Below are positions 23,344-37,699 of a stretch of DNA of 64,000 nt, one piece after another. The translations under genes and the position numbers were made by a program. The number at the start of each line of letters is the position of its first letter. Position 1 is the first letter of the stretch. The notes under the pieces are model-generated. The model saw only the letters and a program-made list of their open reading frames with translations, did not search any database and had not been told where the DNA came from. The stretch lies in the NCBI GenBank assembly GCA_028023455.1, contig JAQFVV010000007.1, positions 3,224,001 through 3,288,000 on the forward strand. Reading direction: 5' to 3'. This DNA is from Epiperipatus broadwayi (lineage: Eukaryota > Animalia > Onychophora).

Positions 23344-26300
23344 TGACATTTAAAAAATATCAGCTTATTGTTTATTGCTACAGAATTCTACCTTAGACCA
23401 ATTTAAAAAAAAAAAAATTACAGTGAAAAAAAAAAAACGTTTACAAATTTTGATTAAAAAACATTTAAATTAAAAATAATATGAAGCTAATAAATATAAT
23501 GAAATCCAGCGAGTGCGATGCAAATTATAATATTTTCAGTACGTTAAATAATGGGATGTGCACGCACACGTATGTATGCGTGAAATAAGTTCTCTGTCCA
23601 AAGACAAGGAGAATTAACTAAGCAATAGATAATGATCAAGCAATATTTGATTATCAGTAGAAATATTCTATTATTGCTCGCTACAGTAACATTTTCATAT
23701 CTAAAACATACTCACACAACTGGCAAGTTAACATTTAATATTAATATTTGATCTTAATATTTAAAAGATAATAGATTTTCTCCAGTAATTGCTAGCATCT
23801 TCAAGAAAAACTTTCCATTTAATACAAGTATACCAAATGTCAGTGGTCAATTCTTGAGCATTTAATAAAACTCTTAAATTGATTGCTAATGAAAATAATT
23901 CGCTCATTAATATAAGGCTCTTGTCAAAATACCAACAACCGGTTTATTCACTTTTATTGCTAATTATACATTCTTAGCAAAAAAGAAACAAAAGAAAATA
24001 ATATCATTAAAAGCAATCAATTACGATCGAAAAACTCAATATTTATCGTAGAAAATTACATTCCTAAATTGGGATTTTTTTAATGACAAAAAATTTCTTG
24101 CCAAATATAGTTCGTTTAAAATACCAATAATAAATTTTCTGATCAACATTAGAAAGAAAGAATTATTTCAATAAAATATCCTCAATAATACTCAAATGTT
24201 ATTTTAATATCAACAACAAAAATTAAGAGCAAAAATATAAATGCATAATGATTAAAATGTAGTCAGATTTTATTTTTATGATCACCCAAGAAAGATGAAC
24301 CTTTTTTTTTTCTTCTTAATTAATATCGGTGAAAAATATTGAGTTACTCTGAATATATTCATCAAGTGGGTTCAAAAAGAATTTCCTCTCTACATAACAT
24401 GAAATGCTGAAAATATATGCAAACCACTCACCCCACGCGAAAAAAATACGCTTCTATAGAGAATGAATGGTAAAAACATGTTATAAATAAATACAAGCTG
24501 GCAAATACTAGAGTACAGAACTCAATTTAGTCTCTAGAAGACAACTTTGACTATCCATGACAGTCAATGTATTTATTAAAATATTTTACATTTCAAGTTC
24601 TACTGCAATAAAATTCTAAACCAAAATTAATTAAAAACTATTCTGCTATTGACTTTTATTTATAGTTATTCTTGATTTTAAAAAAAAAGTGAGAGAAAAG
24701 TTTACTCTAAATTCCTTTTAAATATTTCAGTAATGAACAGCAAAATTACTAAATAAAATATTTATTACAATTTCTAGCTTACATTTCTAGAACTTTCATT
24801 GCTTATTTTGACCCTCTCCCCTATTTACCAATGCATTGCACATTTTTTTAAAACAGATTTCAAAACAATTTTATAGAAAAAAAAGTTTCTTTCAAAAGTT
24901 AATATTTATGATTAGCATGTACAGTGCAAAAATTTAATTCAAATTAGTAAATATATTTTGTCACAAGCTTGCTTTTTTAAAAATACAATATAATAATAAA
25001 AAGGCCTTTTTGCACATCTATTATATATATAAATTTGAATGTTTGTTACTTAATAACACTAATCTTGTATAATTTTCTTCTTTTTTTTAATTACTTGGGC
25101 TATGGATTTTCGCTTTATGGTACTCAATTGTTTGGAAAAAAAATGCAAATTTACTACTAATGGAGCAAATCCGTGTACCAGAATTTGAAAGTGTGCTAGC
25201 AGTGATCTCTGGGAAATTTTTTATCATCTAAAAGCAATACTTTATAGCAAACTTGGAAATTTGCTCGGAAAAAAAAAAGTCATGTTATAAAAAGTTTGGG
25301 GCAATATTTGTGGAGTTATTAAGTGTTAAAAAAAAAAAAAAACATTCAAATTTATATATATAAAGCAAATAAAAATATATATGAATAATTATATAAAATA
25401 CTGTAGTGGACTTGACTGCTAATTTATTTCTATTATTTTTAAAAGTAATTTAGAAAAACTATCTGAGGAATTGATTGTCTGTATTATAAACTTGACAAAT
25501 ATGTTAAAGAAATTATGTATAAAAGTGCACATCAGCAGTAAGTATTATCATTCAAATATTTCAATAAAAATTAAAGGATTTGCAGTCAATAACTAGGATA
25601 AATATTACAACTCTCAAACAAATAATTCAGGATTATTTAAATTAAAAGACAGCTCTGCTGCATGTATATTACCAATACTCCTTTATTGTTTATTCTTCCC
25701 TTTATCCTTACATATATAAATTTGAAAAGTTTGTATACTAGGCTATGGATTTTTGCCTTATGGTCCTTAATTGCTTTAAAAAATTTAATAATTAGAAATG
25801 AATATATAAACTGTCAAAAAAAAAAAAAACCATGTTTGAAACTAAAAATAATTTACAAGTTTACTTAAGTCATAAATGTAACATGACTTAAAAATTTAGG
25901 TCATAATATTTACATTAAAAAAAAACAACATACAAAGTGATCTTTTGCTCTTACAGGTTAAGGTAACTTTCAAATAAATTCCAATATGGATCTGATACAA
26001 ATATCAAAATTAATCAAAATGCACAATTGTTTTAAATATGAAAAAGGTGTTAAAATTTCAATACGGAAAAACCATTATTTATTACAACTTGAGATTTGAA
26101 CAAAAGAATACTATAAAACTAATTAATAATTTTGGATCATAGTTTGACTTAATCTTTTTGTTTCTTGCAATACAATAAAAATCAGGGTAATATTTTTTTT
26201 AAAAATTTACAGACCAATCTTGCAATTGTGTGGGGTTTCTTTTCTTATTACAGATTTAACTACGATACAATAATATTCAAATCTTTAAAATCAGTGATAG

Positions 26301-26719
26301 CTTTGCGACTGATGTAGAGTAATGCTGTTCCAGGCAATCCTTGATATAATCTAAATGGCATCCCAACTTTGCACCTATTTTCACCTCCTGTTGATTTATG
26401 AGCACATTAGTAGGTTGGAGGAATAGAGCTTATCAATTTTATACCTAGGTAAGATTATTTTCCATGTTAAAGAATTCTAGTTTTGTTCTCGTATTTTTTT
26501 TAAAAAGGCATTAAAATAACCAAAAAGTCTAGATTTCTAGCTTTTACTCTGTTCAGAAGGTGAGTTAATATATATATATATATTTTTTTGTAACAAAGTA
26601 ATTAATTTATTTACTAAATATTTCATATAAAAATATGTAAAAGTAAAATTTGATGTTTCTTATATTGAAAGGTTTTCAATTTAGAATTTTTCTAATAGAT
26701 ATATACAATCATGATAGAC

Positions 26720-28670
26720 AAAAACAAATCATGGTCCTCATTTCCAGAAGGCTGTAAAGTCACCAATCAAAGCAAGCATTGATGGCCAAAAGTGGAGGGT
26801 GCTAAGAATCCCCTGATTGTGTAACCAGGCTACCATTTGATGATGACTTTTTATTTAGGTACTTACAACTGCAGATTACTTTCAAGTGAAGGAAGATTGC
26901 AAGAATTGGAAGAACTGTCTTATATTAAATGGGACATTATTGTAATTTGTGAAGTTAGAAGAAAAGGTGAAGATACAATTAATTTAAAAAGTGGACACAC
27001 ACTTTATGACAAAGGCACATACATTAGAAGTACAAGTGGAAGAACAACATTGTGGAGATTAATGGAGTATCAAACAGAGTGGCAAGATTAGTTATTCAAC
27101 TTATTACCAGATACAAATACAGATAATTCTGTTTATGTCCCAACAAAAGTTCTCATAGTGATGAAGATTATAATAGACCATTTTTATATGGATACACAAA
27201 AGACTTTTGATCAGCCTAAACAACATTTTAAAATTGTTATGAGACTTTTATGCTAGAATTGGTAAACAAATAAAAGATGGAAGTGCTGCAGATAAATTTG
27301 GTTATCGTAATAGAGAATATAGACTTATGGAATTTGCAGAAGAAAAAAAAAACTTTGTATTATGAATTCTTTTTTTTTTTTTGAGAAAAATGTTAAAAAG
27401 AAATGAACATGGAAACATCCATGTGAAGGTATAGCAGAATTGAATTATATTTTGACTAAGACAAAATACATATTTCAAGATTGTATTGTACTTAATACAT
27501 TCAACACAGGAAGTGATTATCCATTAGTAAGATGTAAGATATGTAGTTAATACAAAACTAGAAAAACTAAAATTTTACAGCACATATTCCTAATCTTCAA
27601 AAACATTCTATTGAATTTTAATTCCTTTGCAAATCGTTAGTAGATTTTGAACACGATTCAGATTTGAATGAAATTAATAGGAAAATAAGTGATACACTTT
27701 TAAAAACTGTAGCAAAGATAGCTGGTAGGAAAAAAAACAGTGTTTGACTAATAAAATTTCTACTGACACTAGAAAATTTATGAAGAAAAGAAGGAATATG
27801 AAGATATATAAAAATGATGCATTAAGAAGGATTGAATATCTCAAATTTTGTAAAATGGTGTGGAAAAGAGTTGAAAATGATATAAGAAAGTATAACTGTG
27901 AACTAGCATGGAAAGCTGTGGAAGAGAATAAATCTCAAGAGTGTATTGGTAGAAAACATATCTGCAATAAAAAAAAAAGATGGAACTATTAATAAAAAAA
28001 GAGATGACATCATGAAATGGGTAGAAGAGTTCTAACAAGAATTATATAGTAATAAAGAACAAATATCTCCTACATCTATTATATCTTTTGAATTGCCTAG
28101 GACTTTAAATGAAGAAGTGAGACCTGCAATTAAATTTATAAAGAAAGGAAAAGTTTTAAGTAATTGTGGAATTATAATCGATATATTAAAAGAAGCAGGT
28201 GAACTTTAAATATGTCTATGTTTGAAAAGGTATTTAATAAATGTTTTACCAGTACTTACTTATGGATCTGAGACTTGGATACTCAACACAAGAGCAATAC
28301 AGAGACTTCAGACCATTCAAAAAAGTATAGAGAGATACACGTTAGAAATAAAAAGAAGAAATCAAAAACACAATACATAGGTAAGAGAACAATCAGATGT
28401 TATTAAATTGTCAAAATAATTAAAAGACTGAAGTGGAGTTGGACTGGACATATTTCTAGAAGATATGATAATAAATGGAAAATTGAAATCTTAAACTGGA
28501 TTCCAAGAGACTGTAAAATACCAAAAAAGAAACCACATTTGAAATGAATAGATGAAATAAAAAAGTGTGCAGGGATGGTGTGAAGAAAAAAGGCTAGAGA
28601 TCTGAGATGGATTGAATTTGGAGAGACCATCTTGCAGTGGATTGATAATGGTTGATGATAATGATGATAT
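26720..28670 (+). mobile_element. RTE LINE, internally deleted and decayed (EN, start of RT, then jump to the 3' end)
   Basis: FYLGTYNCRLLSSEGRLQELEELSYIKWDIIVICEVRRKGE (RTE APE N-terminus); VLTYGSETW near 28250; TGA(T)-type microsatellite tail near 28645-28670. Confidence 0.8.
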
Positions 28671-28709
28671 ACATAATATTTTAATTTGTTGATTTTATAA
28701 TATTCATTA

Positions 28710-29800
28710 TTTTCTGCCATTATCAATTCACTGCAGGATAGTCTCTCCAAGTTCAATCCATCTTCTCTGATCTTTAATCTCTCTTCTCTATATCACCCCA
28801 AGCACACTTCCTTATTTCATCCATCCATCTCATATGAGGTCTCTTTCTGAGTCTTTTCCAATCTCTTGGAATCCAGTTTAAGATTTCAACTGTCCATCTA
28901 TTATCATTTCTTCCAACAATATGTCTAGTCAAACTCCACTCCACTTTCTTAATTCTTTCAATGATGTCAGTAATATCTGTTTGTTCTATCAACCATGTAT
29001 TTAGTTTTCAATGTTTTCTAGTTACACCTTTCATTGAGTGGTCTGAAGTCTTTATATTGCTCTTCTGTTAAGTATCCAAGTCTCAGATCTGTAAGTAAGA
29101 ACTGGTAATACATATTTATTAAAAACTTTTCCTTTTCAAACATATAAGCATATTTCCTTTTAATATTAAATTATTTCTACCAAAAGTAATAACCTGATCA
29201 AAATATTTGAAGCTGTTAACTTCTAACTCATCATTATCAATCTTTATTTTCTTTTTTCCGAGAAAAACAATTGAACATTACTTTAGTCTTTAACATTTAT
29301 CTTTAATCATACTTTCTTACTTTTATTTGGTAACTTTTGCAACATTTTCTGAAACTCTAAAGCATTATTTGCAAAAACAACTACATCATCTGCAAAATCT
29401 AATGACTTAAATTATCTCCATTACCTTAAGTTTTCCATTTTAATCCACAAAATACTTCTGGCAAATATGCTGTAAAAAATTTTGGATATATGGAGTCACC
29501 CTCTCTTACACCCTTCTCAATGTAAATCCTTTTAGTACCATTATGTAATCTAATTGTTACTATTGCATTTAAATAAACATTCGTAAGAATATGACAATAT
29601 TGTGGGTCTATAACTTGATGATCCAATGCTTTAATCATTGAAAAAATGCTTATACAATCAAATTCCTTTTCATAATCTACAAACCCAAAGAATAATGGCA
29701 ACTCCTATTCATTGGTCCTGTCTATAACTTCTCTCAATACTTGGATATGATCTACTATACTAAAACCACTTTTAAATCCAGCTTTGCTCTTTTGATGTAT
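28710..29800 (-). mobile_element. RTE LINE, 5'-truncated (RT core to 3' end)
   Basis: FVDYEKEFDCI...KGVREGDSIYPKFF (ORF 29426-29701); VEILNWIPRDWKR (ORF 28774-28992). Confidence 0.85.
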
Positions 29801-31089
29801 ATTCCATTTAGCTGTTTATTTTTTAATTTAAATGTATCTGCTGGAAAATGTAGTTTTTTTCATCAGCAGTTATTTTAGTATGGAAACAAGAAAAAAGTCT
29901 TTTTTTAAAAAAAAAAGTGTCCTCTTCTTAGTTATGGCAGCCTTTGAAGAATAGCAGACTTTCAACCAAATTAAAATTCTGACATAATTTCATAGATTTA
30001 GAGAGCTTTTTGGGTATAGCTGGTTATTTTCATTGAAATTTTTATTCTCAGAAAAATGGAAACAAAAATTTATAAGCTAGGCTTTCTTGCTACCTATTAT
30101 CAGTTACAGAAATGCAGCCTCAACTCATTTCCAAAAGTAGGTGACTTTCTAGGTATTATGTTTCACTCTCTTTTTGCTTACACATTATTTGTAATCTGCA
30201 TAATTATTTGTTTCCATATTAATATTTTGTTGTAAACTGTCATCAAAAATCAAATCAGTACATTAGCATTTCTCATTGTATTGTTAGTGGTGTATGAAGG
30301 GGAACACTGTGGCAGTGACAGTAGAATATTTTGCATTATACCTCTTTTTCATGATCTATATTTAGAACTGTCAAAATAGATTCACATTTTAAATCAAGTC
30401 AATCAAAACTTATTCCAGGCATTCACTTAATGCCATTTTTATCTAACAGAAAAAAATATTGTTCATGTAATCTAACATTTATAAAACAGAAAATCTAAAG
30501 TCTTTTGTCGGATAAATTAGAAATCCTAATTATATGCATAATATTGAAAAGATATAAAAAGTATATATTGTCTGAACTTGAACATTTTTATATAACTGAG
30601 GGCAAAAAAGTATTATTGTTTTTTTTTATCTAAAGAATATAAAGTAAAAAATTAAAAAAATACTATTTTCATTGAATTATAATAGGAAACCTACTTGAAT
30701 ATATAAAACTTATTTATCACAAAGCTTTATGAAATTTATACGTGAATTATCAACAATGTTGACCAAGATATGCTTATAAACATCAGAATTCTTATAATAG
30801 GAGGATTCACTCTATTCTTGATCTTTTAATCACCATTTAGAGTGATTTTGATTTTACTTCATAGTCTGAGGGAGAGTGATTTATTCCCCTTGTTTATATA
30901 TTCAAAATCTATATGAAATATATGTAAAATTATTATTTATAAAGTGTAACATTTTGAAATATTTCAGTACATGAAAATGTAGAACAAAAACTGGAGATAC
31001 AGTTGTCAAAATCTTCCAAGTAGAAAATAAAAGTGTGGCTTGGAATGCAAATATTTACAACTTATAAAATAAAATAAAAACTATAATAT

Positions 31090-31930
31090 ATATGAAATAA
31101 TCTTCAGAAACATTCCAATGAATTTAAATTAGAATTTGCAAATTGTTTTCAAATATTAACAAATTTTGAATGTGATTCAGATTTGAATGAAATCAATAAG
31201 AAAACAATGGATATATTGTTAACAACTGCAATAAAGATAGCTAGTAAAAAAGAAGCAATTGACCAGTAACATTTCTACTGAGGCACGACAATTTATAAAA
31301 AAAAAAGAAGGAATATGAAAATATATAAAAATGATGCATTAAGAAAGATTGATTGTCGCAAAATTTGTAAAATGGTGTGAAAAAGATTTGGTAATACTAT
31401 AAGAATGTATAATTTTGAATTAGCTAAGAAAGCTGTAGAAGAGAATACAAGTCTCAAAATTATAAAATCATTTTGGTATTGGTAGGAAACTTATTTATGC
31501 AATAAGAAAAAAAGATGGAATTATTACTAAAAAGAGAGATGAAATCATGAAATGTGTAGAATTCTATCTGGAATTATATAGCAATAAAGAACAAGGAAAA
31601 ATATCTTCTACAACTACTATATCTTCTGAATTGCCCAGAATTTTAAATGAAAAAGTGACAAATGCAATTAAATCTATGATGAAGGTAATGGTCCAGATAA
31701 TGATGGAAGCAGGAGAAGAAATAGAAAAGATTTTGGCAAAGTTATATATCAAATGTCTAAATGATAAAGATGTATCAGATGAATGGAAGAATGCAGTATT
31801 AATAATAATATTTCTAAAAGGTATTACAGATGACATTAGAAATTACAGACTTATCAGTCTTTTATCAGTTCTATACAAATTTTTTACCAAAATAGTTGCA
31901 ACTTAGCTTCAATAAACTTTGGATTTTAAG
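31090..31930 (+). mobile_element. RTE LINE fragment (linker and RT N-terminus)
   Basis: NYRLISLLSVLYKFFTKI; paralogous to 27600-28200. Confidence 0.8.
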
Positions 31931-34680
31931 ATTATGTAAGATTTTATTAATTTAGGCAGTGCATAAAAGCACAAAAATATATATAAACTTTTATTATTGT
32001 TATATATTAAAGCACATCTTTTTAGAAAGCTCATATTTACTTAAAGAAATATATATATATATTTGTTATGGATTTTATATCGTTTATGAATTTGACACAG
32101 CTTTAATAAGATTATAAAAATCTGTTATGGATATGTAGATAAAAAATTCACAATAAAAAATTGAATTTTCTTTGAATGCTTTTTCAGAAATTTTTACTTG
32201 AATATAAAAATAATCACTATATTAGCATTTTTTCCCTCTTGACATTTTGAGAATAAATTTTCAGCAGAAAATTACATTTTTTTTTTTGCCTTCTGTATAT
32301 TATAGATATTATATATACCTATGAATTTCACACAGCTTAATGACAAGATCATTTGTTATGGATACTGTTTTGAGCCCATGCTTTTCCTTTTATTCTAGCT
32401 TATGCAACAGCATAGACAACAGCTGTTATATTTTTATTGTTTCCATTTATGCTGAAAATGAGAATTACATTTTTTTAAATATATGTTGTAAAAAGTTAAG
32501 AATCAATATACTGTGTAGACTACAAGTATTTTGCAAACATATTGTTTAACAAGTTATTTATTTTTCTAGCACCATGTTTTATTTGTAATAGTTATTAGTG
32601 CATATGAAGAGGGGTGATTCCCTAATAACTGTTAAACATATTGTTTATATATATATTTTCTTTAAAAAAAATGTAATTGTTTATTCTTTTTAAATAAATC
32701 GTATAATAAAAATTCTTTGCATAAAACTAAACTTGAATTACTAGAAGCAAATTGTCAAACCACCTAGCATATAATTCCACTAATAGTTAAATTCAATGTT
32801 GAAAACAATTATATGTTTGCAATAATTTATTATTGGAATGATTATTGAAAATAGCAAAAATTATTGGATATGTGGGACTGATAATAAAAATGTTTATTGT
32901 GTTGAATTGTTTTTCACAAATTTGTACATAACTCTTTTGAGTATATGATTAGATTTAAAAACACTGAGCACTGCAATTTCACAGGAAATGAGGTGTCCCT
33001 GATTTTTATTAAACATGCACTTCCTCCCTGTCTTTCTTTCTCACTCTCTCTCTTAAACACACCCCAAAGCCCATTTAATTATATAAATAAAAAAATTAAT
33101 AAGTATATGGACATGTTATTACAACATTAAGATTTATTTTTTTAAGGCAAGTAAAATGGAATGTCATTTGTGAATATTAAATCAAGACAGATGAATATCT
33201 TTGAGGTATAAAGAAAGTGATCATCAAACGTTTTAAGTTCATAAAATATGTTGTTTTCCTACGAGATTTTGCTTTGGAAATGAAAAGATATACAAACTTT
33301 TACAAAGCTAAAAACAATAATGGAAAAATTGTCCAAAGTGATTTAATCTTAGTCAAGAAATTGAGGTAGGAGTGGGTCTGAGGAAAATTGCAGGTATTTG
33401 TATATATATACAATAAAAAATCTTTTTGCTAAAAGTGTTTGAAGTAAGATGAACCAATTGCATTTATATGTGAGAATTTTACAATGATTTTCATAAAGAA
33501 GGTCAGCAGCAACTTACAAAAATGCACTCGAGCATAAGAATCTAAGATCAAGGAACTAATAGAATAAAATACAGTAATACTTGAGCAAAAAAATAATTGT
33601 ATAGTTAATTATTCAGTAGTCACATGCAGTTTGGGTTCACAAATAGCAGTTGAGCATTAAAATTCGAATCAACTGACTTTTTTTTTTTTTTACTTTACAC
33701 AAATGAGATCTGATCTAGAAACCCATAGCTCCTAAATCTTCAACTATTAGTCTATATAAAAATGTATCTTTGCTTACTGCTAAAGAATTAAAATTAAAAT
33801 TGTAAAGGAAGAACATAATTTTTCTAAACCAGCTAACCGCCACCACCATAACTATATTTTTTTTTTAGTTCAATACTTGCCTTATATATAGCACAAATGC
33901 ATACACATATATAAAGATTGACTTTAAAAATTAAAAAAAATTATTGCACTGAAATAATTTTAAATAGCAATATTGCAATATTAATGTCTTTAACATTCTA
34001 GTATTATAACATATAACAATTTTGATACTTTTGTATATTATGCAGACAAATTTACAATAATAATATATATTAAAATTTTCTCTTCTGTAATATATATATA
34101 TTCTATACACACACACTAATGATTATAAAGTCTAGCCGCATTAAATGTATACAACTGTATAAAAAGTTAGCTATAGGCAACAAATAATTTTACAACATGT
34201 TTTTATATATGAGATATCCAACTATTAACTAATGACCACTTAAAATATATTTTACTATTAGACAGTGAAATTTTAACCAACCAGTTAGATGTTATCAAAG
34301 TGTTGGTTGCAATTGCTACCATTAAGAAAAGAATTACAAGAAATAGTACATTCTTTGTTGAGATCTACAGACCTGAAATGATCTCACATAACATCATCCT
34401 TAGATCTTCCTTTGCTGAAATAAACTGTCTCTTTTTTTAAACAAAAAAAGAGAAAACTAATTAAACTGTGTATGCAGATAGATTTTTTTTTTTTTTAAAA
34501 AAAGAGAGAGCACTGAATCATGACCGAAGAAAGATCGGAACTGCTGCAGACATAAAAGCTTTTTCGCAACAACAAAAAACATGGGCTGAAAAAAAATTAA
34601 ATGCCATAATAAGCATGTATTAAAAAAAAAAAGTTTAACTCTGACCCATAATGTGAAGTTTAAAAAAGATATAAAATATC

Positions 34681-34694
34681 CTGCCATCTGGTGA
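34681..34694 (-). promoter_or_regulatory. CTCF-like motif
   Basis: TCACCAGATGGCAG matches CCASYAGRKGGCR at all but the first base. Confidence 0.3.
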
Positions 34695-35747
34695 AAAATA
34701 AATGAATTACAAAATGCTGTAAACTGCTAGTGAATTGAGTCGCATTTTTTCTTTTTAAAAACAAAAACAAAACAAGCATACAAGAATCTATATATGCTTT
34801 ATCTTTTTATATATAAATTAATTAAATGGTACTGATTCCATTAATTTAATATTATTTAGAATTTCTTGATAGCTTTTATCTAGGAATAGCTTGTTACCTC
34901 TAACTTTCCCTGGCACAGTAAAATAAGCAATAAATATTGCAAGACTTATTCTTCACTTATGCATTTACAATCTTGGGTCTTTACTTTCCATTGCCATGCA
35001 CGGGAAACATTTCCAGCAACTAATATACTGTTGTTTTAGCTCTCGTACATGTAGTTGCAAAGCAATTTTACATCAAATCCACAAACGGATTTTTCCACTC
35101 TCCTTGTTATTCTTTTTTTTTAATAAAATGAAATTGCTATTAAGAAAAATTGCTAAACATATTTCTGATCTGTGTTTCACCACATGCATGACAACCCTCA
35201 CTGTTTTCCTAATTTTTGGTCCATCTTCAAATTATCCTCCAAGATTATCAATCAACCACATTGGTGCACTAAAAGTCTGTTTAGTCCAAATGATTCTCAT
35301 TTAAAGCTCTTTCTGATTACGCCTATTGCTCGGTGCATACCCCCCCCCCAACATTTCTTTCATTTTCTTCATCTATTTTTATAAGTTTACCATTATTCAG
35401 TTGTTTTCATCCCAGATATATTACGAATTTTATTAATCTTAATTATTTTATTGAATTAAATCCCAGTACTTAAAAATACTGCTACATTATAAAATGCATC
35501 TTGGTGATGTAAAAAAAAGTTTTGATGTACCAATAATACTGAGATTTTGGAATGTGTTATTAAACAAAAAGTATTAATGACATCATGTATGTGTTTAATT
35601 TTTATAGCTACTTACTGGCAGAGAATATATGTAATATCAATTAATGAATTAAAGATTTCAATTTTCATTCCACTGTTTTCTAAACATTAGTTTATTTCTT
35701 TAAGATTTGAAATACAGACATTTTTCATATACTTGGCGCTTAATTGT

Positions 35748-36206
35748 AAATATAGGGGATTTGAACACAGATTCTCAAGCACCTTTCAACTATCCACACT
35801 ATCTTATACCGCTGATACACATGACCACACACATGTAAAAAAGGATAAATATCACCAATATTCGTATTTTGTGCTAAACCAGCATTCATCAGTTTGTCAG
35901 ATTATCATCTCCCACACAAATATATCAGATTTTCAATAGTATGAATGGCTGAAGAGTTGGAGATGGAGTAGATTGAAGCCTGTCCATTAAAGTATGAAGA
36001 TTTTCTATCTTAATATAAACTGAGCACTGATTATATATATATGAGATGATAATCTGGACCATCTGATGAGTGCTGGTTCAGCACAAAACACGATTTTGGT
36101 GATTATTTATCTTTTCTATTTGTGGGTGGTCATGTGTATCAGTGGTATGAGATAATGTGGATAGTTGAAGGGTGCTTGAAAGTCTGTGTTCAAACCCCCT
36201 ATATTT
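35748..36206. mobile_element. Hammerhead family A, copy 2 (older, more 5'-truncated, inverted)
   Basis: Homologous to 8402-9004. HHR motifs on the minus strand at 35854-35897 and the plus strand at 36058-36100, both with GAAA changed to AAAA. No clear TSD. Confidence 0.8.
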
Positions 36207-37699
36207 ATTTATTACAGAGCTTCCTTGTGTTCAAATATCTACTCTACAATCCAAACATTCAATGGCATTAAGGCTGTTGAAGTCAAATATTTGAAGGAAT
36301 CTATAGAATCTCCATATGCATTATATTAATTATTCTGTTTATTAACTTTAACAACTCATTTGCAATACTGTCAAGTTCTTGAGCTTTTTCATCCTTTATT
36401 TTCCATTACTAAATAAAATATTGTGTCATTTCATTTAGTGCTATTACTATCTTTTTATTTACTTTCTTTGTTTATAATTTTCATTATTTCCTTCAACAAT
36501 TATAGATATTTTAATTCTACAATATGTTAAATCAAAGTATTTTTTTCTCAATACTCCACTCTCCATATTGGTTCTCTTCAAACACAACTTCACTACTTTT
36601 AATCTCTTTTTTAAATGATTAATCCATTCCCTAGGCACTACTTTTTTTTTTTTCACTCATTTTATTAATCATTTCACTTAGCATCACTTTTCTTTTTTTC
36701 TTTTCTTTCTCATTTTTTATTCAGAAATTTTCATTATCTATTTTCTCATCCATAATGATTCATCATTCCAGTTATAAAACTTTTATTTCTTAACATTCAC
36801 TTTTACCTTATTAAAATCTTCATAGCTTCACTACTCTATTATTTCCAGTTTTGCAATAGGATGTGTCAATTTAAAAGTACTAATGATAAAATGTTATCAT
36901 TGCATGTGGAAAATCAACAATTAACTTTACTTTTTATATATTATGATATTTACCTAGATAAAAGTTTGCAAAAAAAAAATACAAAAATTACTGAAATAAT
37001 AATGGGTTGTGAATTTGTAAATATGAATAACTTTTGTGTTTTCATGAAGGTTTGTAACGATGGTATTTTAAATAAAGTTAAATTTTTCTAAAAAAAATTC
37101 AATACTCAATACTAGATGATGGAAAGAGACCAATATATAAATACAACAAATAACTTTTGTGTCTCAATAATTTATCTTATTAATCAATATTTATACTAAC
37201 ACTGAAATATTACTTTTATTTTCTCATTCATGGATTTTCAACAAAACATTATCATAATTATCATCTAATATTAAAAATATACAACATAAATGCAAGTTTG
37301 ATCTCATTTAGGATTATTTGGCAGGATCAGACAGAGAACTACCTGTAGCTGAACTATCAAATGCTAGGGATCTCACTGGTTCAAAACAAATCCAAAATTC
37401 AGTGCCCTGATGATACAAACAGTAATGTTAGAATTAAAACAAATTTAAAATTAATATGAAAATAAACTTGCAATGTTTCTGTAGACAGAAAAAAATTAGA
37501 GGAGAAAGTTAGGTTTATGCATTTCAACAGATTGATGGGACATACTTACCTGTATGAAATAAAGACATGAGAAGATGTGGAATGGTTGTAATCAATAGAA
37601 ATACATAATTTGTGATTGCAATAGAAAAAAAAAATCATTTAATTGATTTAACTTTTACAAATGACAAAGTTTTACTCTTATCAGATCTCCTGAGACTAG

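Noticed and set aside
26720-26830. HDV-like ribozyme at the RTE 5' end
   Set aside because: I could not build the nested double pseudoknot; GGTGCTAAGAATC looks like the usual RTE pre-ORF sequence.
37545-37620. CAG/GTAAGT donor site as an Ephexin exon
   Set aside because: The upstream frames have no DH or PH similarity.
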